The position numbers and the translations under genes were made by a program. A stretch of DNA of 20,470 nucleotides from a virus (lineage: Duplodnaviria > Heunggongvirae > Uroviricota > Caudoviricetes). Where the stretch lies: IMG/VR virus record IMGVR_UViG_2585427735_000017. The stretch is one strand, 5' to 3'. Numbering within the stretch: position 1 is the first letter of the stretch; each line of letters starts with the position of its first letter. The notes beneath the pieces were generated by a model, which saw nothing but the letters and a program-made list of their open reading frames with translations, had not been told where the DNA came from and made no database searches. Positions 1 to 7,841 of the stretch are shown piece by piece.

Positions 1-1302
1 GGCTGTGGGGTATTTCCAGGGCCTCTCCTTTACCACTCTCGGGAAGGCCCTTTCCCTTCTTGTCGGTAATTTCACAAGTTGTCCCATACTTGCAAGATCG
101 CGCATCAGCTCCGGTATACGTCCCGGTGAAGCGCCCTGCAATGTCATCAGCATTCTCATCACCATTCCGCATGATTCTGAGAAACTCAGTTGATTCGGCC
201 AGTAACCTTTCAGATGTTCCGCCATTTTAATCATCTGATATCTCACCAGATTATAAGCCAGTAAGACACCCCACAGCTCTTGCTCCACAAGCTCCGGCTT
301 TTTACTTCTCAGCGTCAGCCTGCTCCGTTGCATCGTCTGTTTTATCTCCCTGTATCCCAGTTCGATTTCCCAGCGATGACTGTACAGATCCCCCATTTCT
401 CCTCCGGGGAAGCGCATGGCGTCCGTCATCGACGTCAGCAGATGGCAGACTTTTCCTTTGCGCGTCACGGTCAGCAGGCGGGCAGTCACTTCATTTCCCA
501 GTCCCGGCCACTTTTTTCGTGCCTGCGGGCTGGTTTTCAGCTTCACCAGATGATCGCCTTTACCCAGTTTTCTGATCTCTTCATATTGCGCTCCCTTTCT
601 GAGAGGTATCATCCAGTGGCGGTGTTCTCCCGCCAGGCTCCAGGCATTTAACAGTCCCAGTGAGTAATAACCTTTATCCATTAACGTCAGAGTGTTATCG
701 CCGGTTTGTTCTATAAGTTGCTCAGCAAGCTCATTTTCGCTGTTCTTCATCGTGCCGAAGGCTGCAGCCGTCAGCAGATGGCTGGTCAGTTCCATCTGGC
801 AGACCATTTTGACCTGCGGGTAGAGCGCCGGGTTCCCGGCATGTGTCTGGCGGGGGAAGGCTGCATCGTTCTCTGGTGTATCCGGTGTGCGCCAGAACAC
901 ACCATCGATGGCCAGCAGGGTCAGGCCGCACCAGTGCGGATGCGGCGTGGCGTTATGCCAGAGCTGCGCTGTTTTCGTGAACACGCGGCGGACAGCCTCA
1001 CTTCCCAGGCGCTGGCGGGCCTGAATAACGGCACTGGGGGCAACGAAGGGGCGATTGCCCGGCAACATGATGTCCAGGCGATTCACAATCTGGTGAAGAG
1101 GTTCTTTACGCTCAAGCGCCATGCCAACAATACACCAGACCATCATTTCGAGGGGAAGACGGCGCTTGCGTAGCGTTACAGTACCTGATTCGGCAAGGCA
1201 ACGAGAGATGAGTTCGGGGTCGAGGTAATCCCCCAGAGAAGTCAGTGGGTTACGCAGAGAATCGTAACGGGATACCAGATCAAGAGCCTGTCCAATGTGC
1301 AT
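1..1302 (-). CDS. insG: IS4-family DDE transposase (InsG-like), C-terminus truncated by window edge
   Basis: I translated the reverse complement from ATG (complement of 1300-1302) to position 1 by hand: 434 codons with no stop, [30 protein letters not shown]...[16 protein letters not shown]...RPWKYPTA. Absent from the ORF track only because the stop lies outside the window. Confidence 0.9.
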   Translation of the reverse strand, partial: MHIGQALDLVSRYDSLRNPLTSLGDYLDPELISRCLAESGTVTLRKRRLPLEMMVWCIVGMALERKEPLHQIVNRLDIMLPGNRPFVAPSAVIQARQRLGSEAVRRVFTKTAQLWHNATPHPHWCGLTLLAIDGVFWRTPDTPENDAAFPRQTHAGNPALYPQVKMVCQMELTSHLLTAAAFGTMKNSENELAEQLIEQTGDNTLTLMDKGYYSLGLLNAWSLAGEHRHWMIPLRKGAQYEEIRKLGKGDHLVKLKTSPQARKKWPGLGNEVTARLLTVTRKGKVCHLLTSMTDAMRFPGGEMGDLYSHRWEIELGYREIKQTMQRSRLTLRSKKPELVEQELWGVLLAYNLVRYQMIKMAEHLKGYWPNQLSFSESCGMVMRMLMTLQGASPGRIPELMRDLASMGQLVKLPTRRERAFPRVVKERPWKYPTA

Positions 1303-1386
1303 AAAAAAATCCGGAAACAAGTGAGCGTTTCCGGATTCTTACACAGCCACTGGATCGGTCAACTGATCCTTAACTGATCGGCATTA
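1..1386 (-). mobile_element. IS4: IS4 insertion sequence, partial (right terminus near 1386; left ~40 bp lies beyond the window start)
   Basis: The - strand encodes a recognisable IS4 transposase; the terminal sequence CCTTAACTGATCGGCATTA at 1368-1386 matches my recollection of the IS4 inverted-repeat end. Full IS4 is about 1.4 kb, so the other end falls just left of position 1. Confidence 0.85.
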
Positions 1387-1468
1387 CTACCTTCGGGTGG
1401 CCTTTTTTATTGCTGCGATCCGGATGGTGAGCAGCGTAACTGTCGGAAGACTTAAACCAGGTACTAAT

Positions 1469-2233
1469 ATGAAACTGAAAACGGTCGAGATTAACGGAAA
1501 ACAATACGCAGAAATTGATACTGCTGGCCTGCCAGTTTATGTGCACGACGATGGTAAAGAAATTGGCTTCGATGCACCGCTGGCGACAAAAAAAATTACA
1601 GAGCTTAATGGCGAGGCAAAAAATCATCGCCTGGCTAAAGAAGCTGCAGAGGAAAAACTGGCTAAGTTTGCCGCTATCGAAGACCCGAAGAAGGCGATCG
1701 AGGCACTGGAAATGCTGTCAAAAATCGACCAGAAAAAGCTGCTCGATGCGGGACAGGTTGACCAGGTTAAGGCAGAAATTACGAAAAATTTTCAGCAGCA
1801 ATTAGATGAAGAAAAGCAACGCTCTCAGATGCTGGAGAAGCAGCTTTACGATTCTATGATTGGCGGTAGTTTTGCGGGTTCAAAATATATTGCCGATAAA
1901 ATTGCGATCCCGGCAGATTTATTACAAGCCCGCTTCGGGCAGGCATTCAAAGTGGAAGAAGGGAGGATCGTTGCTTATGACGCTTCCGGCAACAAAATTT
2001 ATTCCCGCGCGAAGCCTGGCGAACTGGCGCAGTTTGATGAGGCGCTGGAGTTCCTTGTCGAAAATTACCCTCAGAAAGACTACATCCTGAAAGCCAGTGG
2101 CAACAATGGCGGCGGCTCCCGTCCGACACAGCATGATATTGGTCAGAAAACGATGAAACGCTCTGCTTTTGATGCACTGGATGTTGCAGGTAAGCAAAAC
2201 GCATTGAAAGACGGTATCACAATCGTTGATTAA
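1469..2233 (+). CDS. Putative head scaffolding protein
   Basis: Lys/Glu-rich 254 aa ORF (MKLKTVEINGKQYAEI...) directly upstream of the major capsid gene. Function inferred from position and composition only. Start uncertain: ATG 1469 chosen; ATG 1424 and GTG 1397 are in frame, and the open frame runs back into the IS4 end. Confidence 0.55.
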   Translation: MKLKTVEINGKQYAEIDTAGLPVYVHDDGKEIGFDAPLATKKITELNGEAKNHRLAKEAAEEKLAKFAAIEDPKKAIEALEMLSKIDQKKLLDAGQVDQVKAEITKNFQQQLDEEKQRSQMLEKQLYDSMIGGSFAGSKYIADKIAIPADLLQARFGQAFKVEEGRIVAYDASGNKIYSRAKPGELAQFDEALEFLVENYPQKDYILKASGNNGGGSRPTQHDIGQKTMKRSAFDALDVAGKQNALKDGITIVD

Positions 2234-2331
2234 CACATTTGTCAGCTTCCGGATGGGAGCTGGTGTCAGGGCTGGATAGCTCATTACTCCATCTATTCAC
2301 AATTACGCAAATTTTTAAGGAATATTTAATT

Positions 2332-3471
2332 ATGGCTGGAAATACCCTGACCGGGTTGATCCCGACTATTTATACCGCCCTGGATGTTGTATCCCGTGAG
2401 CAGGTAGGTTTTATCCCTGCGGTAGCAAAAAACGCAAAAGCTGACGCCGCAGCAAAAGATCAGACGGTAACCGCGCCAGTTGCGCCTGAGGCGAAAACCG
2501 AAGATATCGTACCGGGGCCGTCAGCTCCGAATACCGGTGATCAAAATATTGGCACTGTTGATGTAAAAATTACTAAATCCAAAATGGCACCGGTTAAATG
2601 GAATGGTGAAGAACAACTGGCTCTTGGCCCTTCAGGGACTTACAACACCATTCTGGCTGATCAGTTCAAGCAGGCTTTTCGCGCCCTTGCAAACGAGGTT
2701 GAGGCTGATCTTGGTGCGTTGTATTTCGGTGCTTCCCGCGCCGTGGGAACCGCAGGGACAACGCCGTTTGGTGTTAAAGATGATCTTTCTGATGCTGCTC
2801 TGGCTCGTCAGGTTCTGGAGGATAACGGCGCACCGACAACCGATCTGCAGATGGTGCTTGGCTCCACTGCCATTGCTAATTTGCGCGGAAAACAGTCTGT
2901 ATTGTTTAAAGTGAATGAATCCGGCACTGAACAGCTACTGCGTGAGGGCGTGTTGGGGCGTCTGGAGGGATTCAATATTCACAGTTCGGCAGGTGTGAAA
3001 CGAGCGCCAAAGGTTGCTGCAACTGGTTATCTCGTGAATGGAGAGAAAAAAGAAGGCGATGTTCTTATTTCCATTGATACTGGTTCGGGGAGTATTTCTG
3101 CAGGTCAGATTGTTACGTTCGCTGGTGATCCGAATCAGTATGTTGTGGCAGCAGCGACCAGCAATCTGATTACTCTTGCAGCGCCCGGACTGCGTCAGGA
3201 TCTGGCCGATGATACTGCCATCACAGTTGTTGGGGCCTTTACGGCAAATATGGCGTTTGATCGCAACGCGTTTCTGCTGGCATCCCGTACTCCGGCAATG
3301 CCGGAAGGTGGCGATAATGCTGATGATGTAATGAATGTTACGGACCCGATTTCAGGGATTACGTTCCAGATTGCACTGTATCGTCAGTATCGCCAGGTGC
3401 GCTATGAAGTTGGACTGGCATGGGGTGTTTCATCAGTGAAGCCGGCACATGGTTGTCTGATTCTTGGTTAA
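2332..3471 (+). CDS. Major capsid protein (family not identified)
   Basis: 379 aa ORF starting MAGNTLTGLIPTIY, with AAGGA ribosome-binding site about 10 nt upstream of ATG 2332, followed by a hairpin terminator; placed between scaffold-like and connector genes. The track start at 2239 has no ribosome-binding site. Confidence 0.7.
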   Translation: MAGNTLTGLIPTIYTALDVVSREQVGFIPAVAKNAKADAAAKDQTVTAPVAPEAKTEDIVPGPSAPNTGDQNIGTVDVKITKSKMAPVKWNGEEQLALGPSGTYNTILADQFKQAFRALANEVEADLGALYFGASRAVGTAGTTPFGVKDDLSDAALARQVLEDNGAPTTDLQMVLGSTAIANLRGKQSVLFKVNESGTEQLLREGVLGRLEGFNIHSSAGVKRAPKVAATGYLVNGEKKEGDVLISIDTGSGSISAGQIVTFAGDPNQYVVAAATSNLITLAAPGLRQDLADDTAITVVGAFTANMAFDRNAFLLASRTPAMPEGGDNADDVMNVTDPISGITFQIALYRQYRQVRYEVGLAWGVSSVKPAHGCLILG

Positions 3472-3481
3472 ACATTCAAAC

Positions 3482-3501
3482 GGGGCTTCGGCCCCATTTT
3501 T
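3482..3501 (+). terminator. Hairpin plus T-run after capsid gene (putative attenuator)
   Basis: GGGGC-TTCG-GCCCC stem-loop (5 bp stem, UUCG tetraloop) followed by ATTTTT, 11 nt after the capsid stop. Confidence 0.45.
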
Positions 3502-3513
3502 AATGGGGGGCAT

Positions 3514-3690
3514 ATGGCCGGATTAACTAAAGAGCAAAGAGCACAGCGTGAAGCCGCACAAAAAACGCAAATTGAGTTAGTGGTTATGGTGACCGATTAT
3601 CAGATGTTTCCCGGCGCACCAACTATCGCTAATGTTCATCCTGATGAAGTTGACAACTGGAAGGCTATGGGCTGGAAAACTCAGGAGTAA
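3514..3690 (+). CDS. Small hypothetical protein (58 aa), below the ORF-track cutoff
   Basis: ATG 3514 preceded by GGGGGG (short 3 nt spacer); translates MAGLTKEQRAQREAAQKTQIELVVMVTDYQMFPGAPTIANVHPDEVDNWKAMGWKTQE; exactly fills the gap between the capsid terminator and the next gene, same strand. Confidence 0.4.
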   Translation: MAGLTKEQRAQREAAQKTQIELVVMVTDYQMFPGAPTIANVHPDEVDNWKAMGWKTQE

Positions 3691-3693
3691 CAC

Positions 3694-4089
3694 ATGATCA
3701 CTTACGTGACCTGTGATGACGTTGATAATGCGTTTGGGAACGCCTGGACGAGTGAGAACGCTAAAAATAAAGCTGTTTTAATGGCTAATGCCTGGCTTAA
3801 TGGCTTCAACCTGAAAATTAACCCATCCCGTATTCCGGAAGAGGTAAAACTTGCGGGAGCATATGCAGCCAGAATTGCCTCATTCGGTAAGTTGTTTCAG
3901 CAGAAAAATGATTCTGGCGTTGTTATCAGTAAAGCCGTGTCGGCTGACGGGGTCAGTGTATCGAAATCATTTTCTGAGTTGCCAGCAAACAGCACTGCAT
4001 TGCTTGAACCCGATTTACAGCTTGCGATAGCACTGCTGAAACCGTACGGACTTAGTCGCTCACAAGTCAGGGTTGTGAGGGGGGGATAA
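3694..4089 (+). CDS. Putative head-tail connector / head completion protein
   Basis: 131 aa ORF with AGGAG ribosome-binding site; first of four small translationally coupled ORFs between capsid and tail tube genes. Function inferred from position. Confidence 0.55.
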   Translation: MITYVTCDDVDNAFGNAWTSENAKNKAVLMANAWLNGFNLKINPSRIPEEVKLAGAYAARIASFGKLFQQKNDSGVVISKAVSADGVSVSKSFSELPANSTALLEPDLQLAIALLKPYGLSRSQVRVVRGG

Positions 4090-4472
4090 TGGGGCTTCGT
4101 GAAGAGATTCAGTCAGAGGTTGCCGCTGCTTTTGATGAGGATTTAACGGACGCCGTGAGTGATTTTTCTGGTTCTTACGTTACGCACCGGCACTGGGATC
4201 CTGTGACGGAAACTGGCGGCGAATCCACCGCAATCTATACCGGGCGAGGCGTGTTGACACGTTATAAGCTGGGCAGAATTGATGGGATTAATATTTTGCA
4301 TGGTGACCTTAAATTAACCGCTCTGGTATGCGAGGTTACGGATAAACCAGCTGTCGACCATATTATTGAGATTTATGATCCTGTATCAAGGCAGTTACAA
4401 CGATACGAGGTAATTACAGCAAGTGTAGATCCTTCCGCATCAGTTTACTCTATCCAGTTAAGGAGAGCGTAA
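4089..4472 (+). CDS. Putative head-tail joining protein
   Basis: 127 aa ORF; start overlaps the upstream stop (TAATG); synteny with head-tail joining genes of siphophages. Confidence 0.55.
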   Translation: MGLREEIQSEVAAAFDEDLTDAVSDFSGSYVTHRHWDPVTETGGESTAIYTGRGVLTRYKLGRIDGINILHGDLKLTALVCEVTDKPAVDHIIEIYDPVSRQLQRYEVITASVDPSASVYSIQLRRA

Positions 4473-4853
4473 ATGGCAAAGGCATGGGATATAGAACCGT
4501 CAATATTTGCCGGGATGATTGAGGAAGATGTAGGGCTGAAGATTCGCTACATCGCTATTCAGATTCTTACTGCTATTGATATTGCTGCTCCGGTTGATAC
4601 CGGACGTTTCAGAAATAACAACCTGGTGTCGTTACAGCATCCCGATTTTGGTATATCTGATAACGTGGATCCGAACGGTACGATTGCTGTTCAGCGTGGG
4701 ATCGGGGTTATTTCGAAAGCTGCAAATTACGGAGTTATTTATATCCAGAATAACCTTCCTTATGCAGAGGCTCTTGAAAACGGTCATTCACAACAAGCGC
4801 CAACTGGCGTGTATGCCAACGCTTTTCATGGTGTTTTACAGGCTTACAAATGA
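4473..4853 (+). CDS. Putative tail completion / neck protein (HK97 gp10-like)
   Basis: 126 aa ORF with AAGGAGAG ribosome-binding site; contains a PVDTGRFRNN motif that I recall as typical of the HK97 gp10 family. From memory, unverified. Confidence 0.6.
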   Translation: MAKAWDIEPSIFAGMIEEDVGLKIRYIAIQILTAIDIAAPVDTGRFRNNNLVSLQHPDFGISDNVDPNGTIAVQRGIGVISKAANYGVIYIQNNLPYAEALENGHSQQAPTGVYANAFHGVLQAYK

Positions 4854-5242
4854 CGTTTACTGAAATCAGAAATACGGTTATTTCCAGAATGACGGCACAG
4901 ACGATTATTGATGGAAAAGACGTATTGTATCCGAACGCGCCAACGTTCGATCCTTCCGGTAAGTTAATCTGGGCGCGGTTAAGTAATATTCCCGGGCAGG
5001 CTGGAGTTAATGAAATTGGCGCGGGGCCGATTGTTTATCGCACGGGGATAATCATTATTCAGTTATTTGTCCCCGCAGGTTCTGGTTCAAAACTCATTAC
5101 TGAGACAGCCGATAAATTGCGGGAACTGTTTGAGTTTCAGGATGACGATCGTCTCAGTTACCAGGCTGTTTCCTCAATAGCCGTTGGCGAAAAGAATGGC
5201 TGGTTCCAGCTTAATCTTCAAATTCCATATCGCGCGCTCTAG
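4850..5242 (+). CDS. Putative tail terminator / tail completion protein
   Basis: 130 aa ORF with ATGA start-stop overlap with the upstream gene; sits immediately before the major tail gene, the lambda U-equivalent position. Confidence 0.55.
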   Translation: MTFTEIRNTVISRMTAQTIIDGKDVLYPNAPTFDPSGKLIWARLSNIPGQAGVNEIGAGPIVYRTGIIIIQLFVPAGSGSKLITETADKLRELFEFQDDDRLSYQAVSSIAVGEKNGWFQLNLQIPYRAL

Positions 5243-5268
5243 CGCAATTAATGACATAGGAGGCTCCT

Positions 5269-6231
5269 GTGAGTTCAGGTGCAAAGGTTATCTCGGCATT
5301 TATCCGGGAGACGGTTGCAGGCACTACGCCAGCAAGTGGTGACTGGAGTTTATTAAAACGCACAAGCTGGGGAGTAAAACCCACCCAGAATAAAGGCGAA
5401 AATAATGAGATTGGTGGCTCCCGGATGGCTCAGGGGGCGACGCCTGGCACTGTGGATGTCGGCGGTGATGTTGGTACCAAATTTCGCTGGGGTCAACATG
5501 ATGATTTTCTTGCATCCTGTTTCGGCGCGGAATGGTCAGGCGATTCTCTGACAATGGGGAATGAGCGAATAACATTTTCTCTGGCGACCTATGCGTCCGA
5601 TGTCGGAATTGCCTCTGTCGTCAGAGGAGCGCAGGTTGGCTCATGGAAAATGCAGATCCCTAACGACGGCGATATTACAGTGACCGTAACCTTTGCCGGA
5701 CTGGACTGGGAATCAAAGGCCGATGATACGAATTTTATCAAAGGCGAACCTGTGGATAGTGCAGGAAAGCTACGTTATTCGTTTAAGGAGGTTTCAGCAG
5801 TAAGCCTGAATGGTGTTGCCGGAGGTAACGGTTTTTGTATCGACAGTTTTGATATTCAGTTCGATAACAAACTCCAGACACAGCGTTGTATCGGGACTGG
5901 CTCGCCTTATGCAGGAGCAAATATTCCGACTACTTTTACACCGTCCGGTACGGTGACGCTTTCATGGTCTAAAGCCGCGTGGGAAATCTGGAGTAAAACA
6001 CTGACTGGAGAAACAGTTCCGTTCAGCTTCACGCTTTCGAATGGAGAGGGGGCATACACTTTCAGTTTCCCGAAGGTTCAGGTGTCAGGTGAATGGCCTG
6101 ATGGGGGTAATAGCGACATTATCCAGGTTCAATTGAGCATTACCGCAGCAGATGAAGCACCTACGATAACCAGAAAAAAAAATTCCCCGGCTGCCGTGAT
6201 CGCAAAAGCCAGTGCTGAGGCGATTAGTTGA
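5269..6231 (+). CDS. Major tail (tube) protein
   Basis: 320 aa ORF with GTG start 5 nt after a TAGGAGG ribosome-binding site; lies between the terminator-like gene and the chaperone pair. Not lambda V-like by recollection. Confidence 0.7.
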   Translation: MSSGAKVISAFIRETVAGTTPASGDWSLLKRTSWGVKPTQNKGENNEIGGSRMAQGATPGTVDVGGDVGTKFRWGQHDDFLASCFGAEWSGDSLTMGNERITFSLATYASDVGIASVVRGAQVGSWKMQIPNDGDITVTVTFAGLDWESKADDTNFIKGEPVDSAGKLRYSFKEVSAVSLNGVAGGNGFCIDSFDIQFDNKLQTQRCIGTGSPYAGANIPTTFTPSGTVTLSWSKAAWEIWSKTLTGETVPFSFTLSNGEGAYTFSFPKVQVSGEWPDGGNSDIIQVQLSITAADEAPTITRKKNSPAAVIAKASAEAIS

Positions 6232-6279
6232 TTTTCCGTTATTCCTCCTGTGGTACTGCCCTACAGGGGGACGCATTGA

Positions 6280-6741
6280 ATGAGGTTATGGATGTTTATT
6301 CTTAATCAGAAAATTATCATTGGTGGAGAACGCTGGTTTACGCCAATGAAGGACTTAAAACCTGTAGACGGGTTAAAACTGTTGGTGGCAAGCAGCGATA
6401 ACGATCAGTATCGCTCCCGTAATGCATTAATCCGTCGCCACATTGAGAAAATGGATGCCAGTTTGCACGTCGGAACGAAGGAGTTTGATATTTCAAAGGT
6501 TTCCGAGGTGGATTCTGTTGATGATTTACTCATTGATAATGCCGCTCGTTATCTGCTGAAAGACTGGAAAGGGGTTGGTGAACTGGTTAATGGTGTTGAG
6601 GTTGCACTGGAATATACGGCAGAACGAGGGATCGCGCTGCTTAAGCAGAATCCAGAGTTGTACTGGCAGATCCTTGCAGAAGCAGCCAGCATCGCCCAGG
6701 GTAAAGAGCAGCAGAAGCAGGATACGATAAAAAAGCCATAG
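6280..6741 (+). CDS. Tail assembly chaperone (lambda G analogue)
   Basis: 153 aa ORF ending 4 nt after an A_AAA_AAG slippery heptamer, with the -1 frame open for a further ~100 codons: the conserved G/GT arrangement. An alternative start at ATG 6345 would give 132 aa. Confidence 0.7.
   Translation: MRLWMFILNQKIIIGGERWFTPMKDLKPVDGLKLLVASSDNDQYRSRNALIRRHIEKMDASLHVGTKEFDISKVSEVDSVDDLLIDNAARYLLKDWKGVGELVNGVEVALEYTAERGIALLKQNPELYWQILAEAASIAQGKEQQKQDTIKKP
6729..6735 (+). promoter_or_regulatory. Candidate programmed -1 ribosomal frameshift site (slippery heptamer A_AAA_AAG)
   Basis: AAAAAAG at 6729-6735 is in the X_XXY_YYZ register of the 6280 ORF (codons AAA AAG), 4 nt before its stop TAG 6739-6741; the -1 frame is open from here to 7049. 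Confidence 0.6.
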
Positions 6742-7049
6742 CTGCCCAGCGGTGGTTATCGGAGTTCGGGGGAGAAAGGGGGGAAAAGGCAAGATGGAAG
6801 CGAGAAAAACTCAGGTTGCCACCGATACCGGAACCAGAAATAGACCCGGTGCTTAAGGAGTTGTTGTACGCCTATTCGGTAATATCCCGTGCCCGACGTT
6901 ATGCTGGAATGGCTGGGGTGCCTTTGCCTTTATCTCTGACAGAGATAAATGAATATTTAGCCACTCATCCGGTATTGATTGAGCGCGATGAATTTGAAGC
7001 AGTGATCTTTGCACTGGATGACCAGTATTTTCAGGAGCAGTGTGTGTAG
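6729..7049 (+). CDS. Tail assembly chaperone C-terminal extension (lambda T analogue), expressed as a G-T fusion by -1 frameshift
   Basis: The -1 frame has no stop from 6735 to TAG 7047-7049. The track ORF 6816..7049 begins at a TTG inside this frame and lacks an independent ATG and ribosome-binding site. Confidence 0.55.
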   Translation, partial: KKAIAAQRWLSEFGGERGEKARWKREKLRLPPIPEPEIDPVLKELLYAYSVISRARRYAGMAGVPLPLSLTEINEYLATHPVLIERDEFEAVIFALDDQYFQEQCV

Positions 7050-7169
7050 TTGTTAATTACGTACACTCTGTTACAGAGATGTGATGGTGTCTTTAATTAA
7101 ATCGATGATGCTCCTGGAGAAAAGCATTGCGTGACCTCGTAATCGCTATATCTACTATTATGTCGCCTG

Positions 7170-7194
7170 AAACCCACTTCGCGGTGGGTTTTTT
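7170..7194 (+). terminator. Rho-independent terminator-like hairpin upstream of the tape measure gene
   Basis: AAACCCAC-TTCGCG-GTGGGTTT stem (8 bp) running into TTTTTTG, about 20 nt before the AGGAG ribosome-binding site and ATG 7215. Confidence 0.5.
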
Positions 7195-7214
7195 GTTGTC
7201 AGGAGTTTTAATAA

Positions 7215-7841
7215 ATGGCAGAGCAAACCTCGCGTCTCGCAATAATTATTGATAGCACTGGAGCGAAAAATAATGCTGACAATCTGACCTCCTCATTAGT
7301 CAAAATGACGCAGGCTGGGGAAACTGCTGCAAATAGCGCAGGGAAAGTGACTAAGGCAACAGAAGATGAGAAGAACGCGCTCGCAAAATTAAAAGCAGCT
7401 ATTGATCCAGTTGGTGCCGCAATTGATACTGTCGGTCGACGCTATTCTGAATTAAAGAAATTTTTCGATAAAGGGCTTATTGATAAAGAAGAATATGAAT
7501 TTCTTGTCCGTAAACTTAATGAAACCACAGAGGAATTGAGCGGGGTTGCGCAAGCGCAGAGAGAAGCCGAGAAGGCCGGAAAACTTGCTGCCGCCCAGCA
7601 GGAAGCGCAGGCTCAGGCCTTTCAAAGAATGCTGGACAAGATCGACCCTCTGGCTGCGGCGCTAAGAAATCTTGAACAACAGCATGATGAACTTAATGCT
7701 GCGTTTGCATCCGGGAAAATAAATGGTTCTCAGTTTGAGAATTATAGCCGAAAAATACAGGAAACACGGCGAGAGCTTACCGGAGAGGCTCAGGCAGAGC
7801 GAGAAGCAGCAAAAGCGCATGATGAAGATGCTTTCTCCTGA
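7215..7841 (+). CDS. Tape measure protein, N-terminal coiled-coil segment (frame A), ends in premature stop
   Basis: 208 aa ORF with AGGAG ribosome-binding site; Ala/Glu/Gln/Lys-rich with repeated heptad-like motifs ([18 protein letters not shown] / [17 protein letters not shown]). Overlaps the main tape measure frame by ~120 nt. Confidence 0.6.

Noticed and set aside
5-1173. Three + strand ORFs inside IS4 (5-193, 280-651, 706-1173)
   Set aside because: They are antisense to the continuous 434-codon IS4 transposase frame on the - strand and have no start context; they are shadow ORFs.
1397-1468. Upstream extension of the scaffold ORF (GTG 1397 or ATG 1424)
   Set aside because: The frame is open back into the IS4 terminus and neither upstream start has a ribosome-binding site, so ATG 1469 was preferred. 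It may be the remnant of a gene cut by IS4 (see finding).
2239-2331. Track start of the capsid ORF at 2239 (MSASGWELVSG...)
   Set aside because: There is no ribosome-binding site, whereas ATG 2332 has AAGGA about 10 nt upstream; the 5' extension is most likely untranslated leader.
6246-6267. Imperfect hairpin between the major tail gene and the chaperone gene
   Set aside because: The 7 bp stem includes a G-U pair and has no T-run; it may be an RNA structure but is not a convincing terminator.
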